Source of the DNA: Rhodoferax sp.
GTDB lineage: Bacteria; Pseudomonadota; Gammaproteobacteria; Burkholderiales; Burkholderiaceae_C
NCBI GenBank assembly: GCA_031379255.1
Contig: JANNEZ010000019.1
Coordinates: 1-38,641 of the forward strand
Direction: 5' to 3'
Length of the DNA: 38,641 nucleotides
The notes beneath the pieces were generated by a model, which saw nothing but the letters and a program-made list of their open reading frames with translations, did no database searches and was not told the DNA's origin. Positions 37,805 to 38,641 of this stretch are shown piece by piece. Position 1 is the stretch's first letter, and each line of letters starts with the position of its first letter. The translations under genes were made by a program, and so were the position numbers.

Positions 37805-38641
37805 TCAGTCATATACGATCGCGCAGGCACCCTGGTGCGCCTGCGCCCGCCAGCTGGCCAGGGCGGCATCGGTCGGGAAAAACTTCGCCCCGTCGCCCAG
37901 TTGCAACTCAGCCACGGCGCCCACGCCCTCCCCGTCCGGCACGGCGCCTGCCTGGCGGCTCACCGACAGGCGCACCGGCAGCCCGCGCACTAGAAGGCCC
38001 TGTTCGGTCATCTCGCGTTTGGCGGGAAAATCCTGCACCAGGCGTTGTACATCGGGCGTTTTGCCATTGACGGCGACTTTCAGGTATTTGCCAAAGCGGC
38101 AACGCGCCTGTTCAAGGTCCCAAATCTGGTTCACGGTGAGCTGCATCGCGCCGCCGCCAAAACGGTCCGGCTGCGCCTTGCCCATCACGATGATGAGCTC
38201 GTCTTCCTTGAGCAGGTTTTTGTGGGCGTTGTTGAGGGCTTCGTCCACACGCGCGTCGATGATGCCGGATTTGTCGTCAAGTCTGAAAAGTCCGAGCTTT
38301 CCACGCTGCCCGTTGATCACCCGGAAGTCGCTGACGATACCGGCCAGCAATTGCGGCTCGCGGGTGTCGATGAGGTCTTCAATCTGGCGCTTGGCGAACT
38401 GCCGCACTTCGCGTGCCACCTCGTCAAACAAATGGCCCGAGAGGTAAAAGCCGAGCGCGGTTTTCTCCAGGCTCAAGGTCTCTTTCACGCCCCACGGCAA
38501 CGCCTCGACCAGATCCGGCTCGCGGGTTGAGGCGCCATGGTCATCTTCGCCACCCATGTCAAACAGGCCGCCCTGGTTGGCGTTGGCTTCGGCGGCGGCG
38601 GCAAAGTCGGAGGCGCGCTCCACCGAGGCCATCAGCGTCGC
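37805..38641 (-). CDS. dnaE: DNA polymerase III alpha subunit, C-terminal part (gene continues beyond window end)
   Basis: KTALGFYLSGHLFDEV..., then an OB-fold region LLAGIVSDFRVINGQRGKLGLFRLDDKSGIIDA and the C-terminal tail. The frame is open to the right window edge, with the stop at 37805-37807. Confidence 0.88.
   Translation of the reverse strand, partial: ATLMASVERASDFAAAAEANANQGGLFDMGGEDDHGASTREPDLVEALPWGVKETLSLEKTALGFYLSGHLFDEVAREVRQFAKRQIEDLIDTREPQLLAGIVSDFRVINGQRGKLGLFRLDDKSGIIDARVDEALNNAHKNLLKEDELIIVMGKAQPDRFGGGAMQLTVNQIWDLEQARCRFGKYLKVAVNGKTPDVQRLVQDFPAKREMTEQGLLVRGLPVRLSVSRQAGAVPDGEGVGAVAELQLGDGAKFFPTDAALASWRAQAHQGACAIVYD

Noticed and set aside
1-38641. Scan for CRISPR arrays, IS elements or transposases, integrases, toxin-antitoxin pairs and known defence genes
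   Set aside because: I found no regularly spaced direct repeats longer than the 9-mer and 12-mer arrays listed. No ORF carries DDE, tyrosine-recombinase or other such motifs.

Overview
This is a GC-rich chromosomal segment. Gene order and protein sequences look betaproteobacterial (Burkholderiales/Comamonadaceae-like); that assignment is inference. I support about 36 protein genes, one tRNA-Ser(GCU) and one ZTP (pfl-type) riboswitch. Left to right: quinone oxidoreductase (partial), small hypothetical ORF, tRNA-Ser, lysC-tilS-accA (minus strand), an AlkA-like glycosylase, cysS, TPR-ppiA-ppiB-lpxH, an MtfA-like peptidase, then a co-directional trio (giant DUF748/AsmA-like protein, DUF349 protein, GAF/HD-GYP phosphodiesterase). 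A roughly 770-bp gene-poor divergent spacer follows, then an SLT transglycosylase, riboswitch-glyA-nrdR, a minus-strand type IV pilus minor-pilin operon (fimT-pilV-pilW-pilX-pilY1-pilE), ribD-ribE-ribB(A/X)-ribH-nusB, an aminotransferase, tolQRA, and the 3' end of dnaE. I saw no transposase, integrase, CRISPR array, or recognisable defence or toxin-antitoxin genes. The window is mostly core housekeeping, and I cannot point to a clear novel system. The observations most worth a second look are: (1) a bipartite AT-rich intergenic repeat present three times, with a hairpin module showing a compensatory change; (2) the long spacer at 19.4-20.2 kb, which holds a GC-rich island with coding-like third-position bias but no convincing gene; (3) the DUF748-DUF349-HD-GYP cluster; (4) the lower-GC pilus operon wedged into the normally contiguous nrdR-ribD junction, with an internally duplicated PilY1 insert; (5) a RibBX-type degenerate cyclohydrolase domain. 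Most long ORFs in the track that lie opposite these genes are antisense shadows typical of high-GC DNA.
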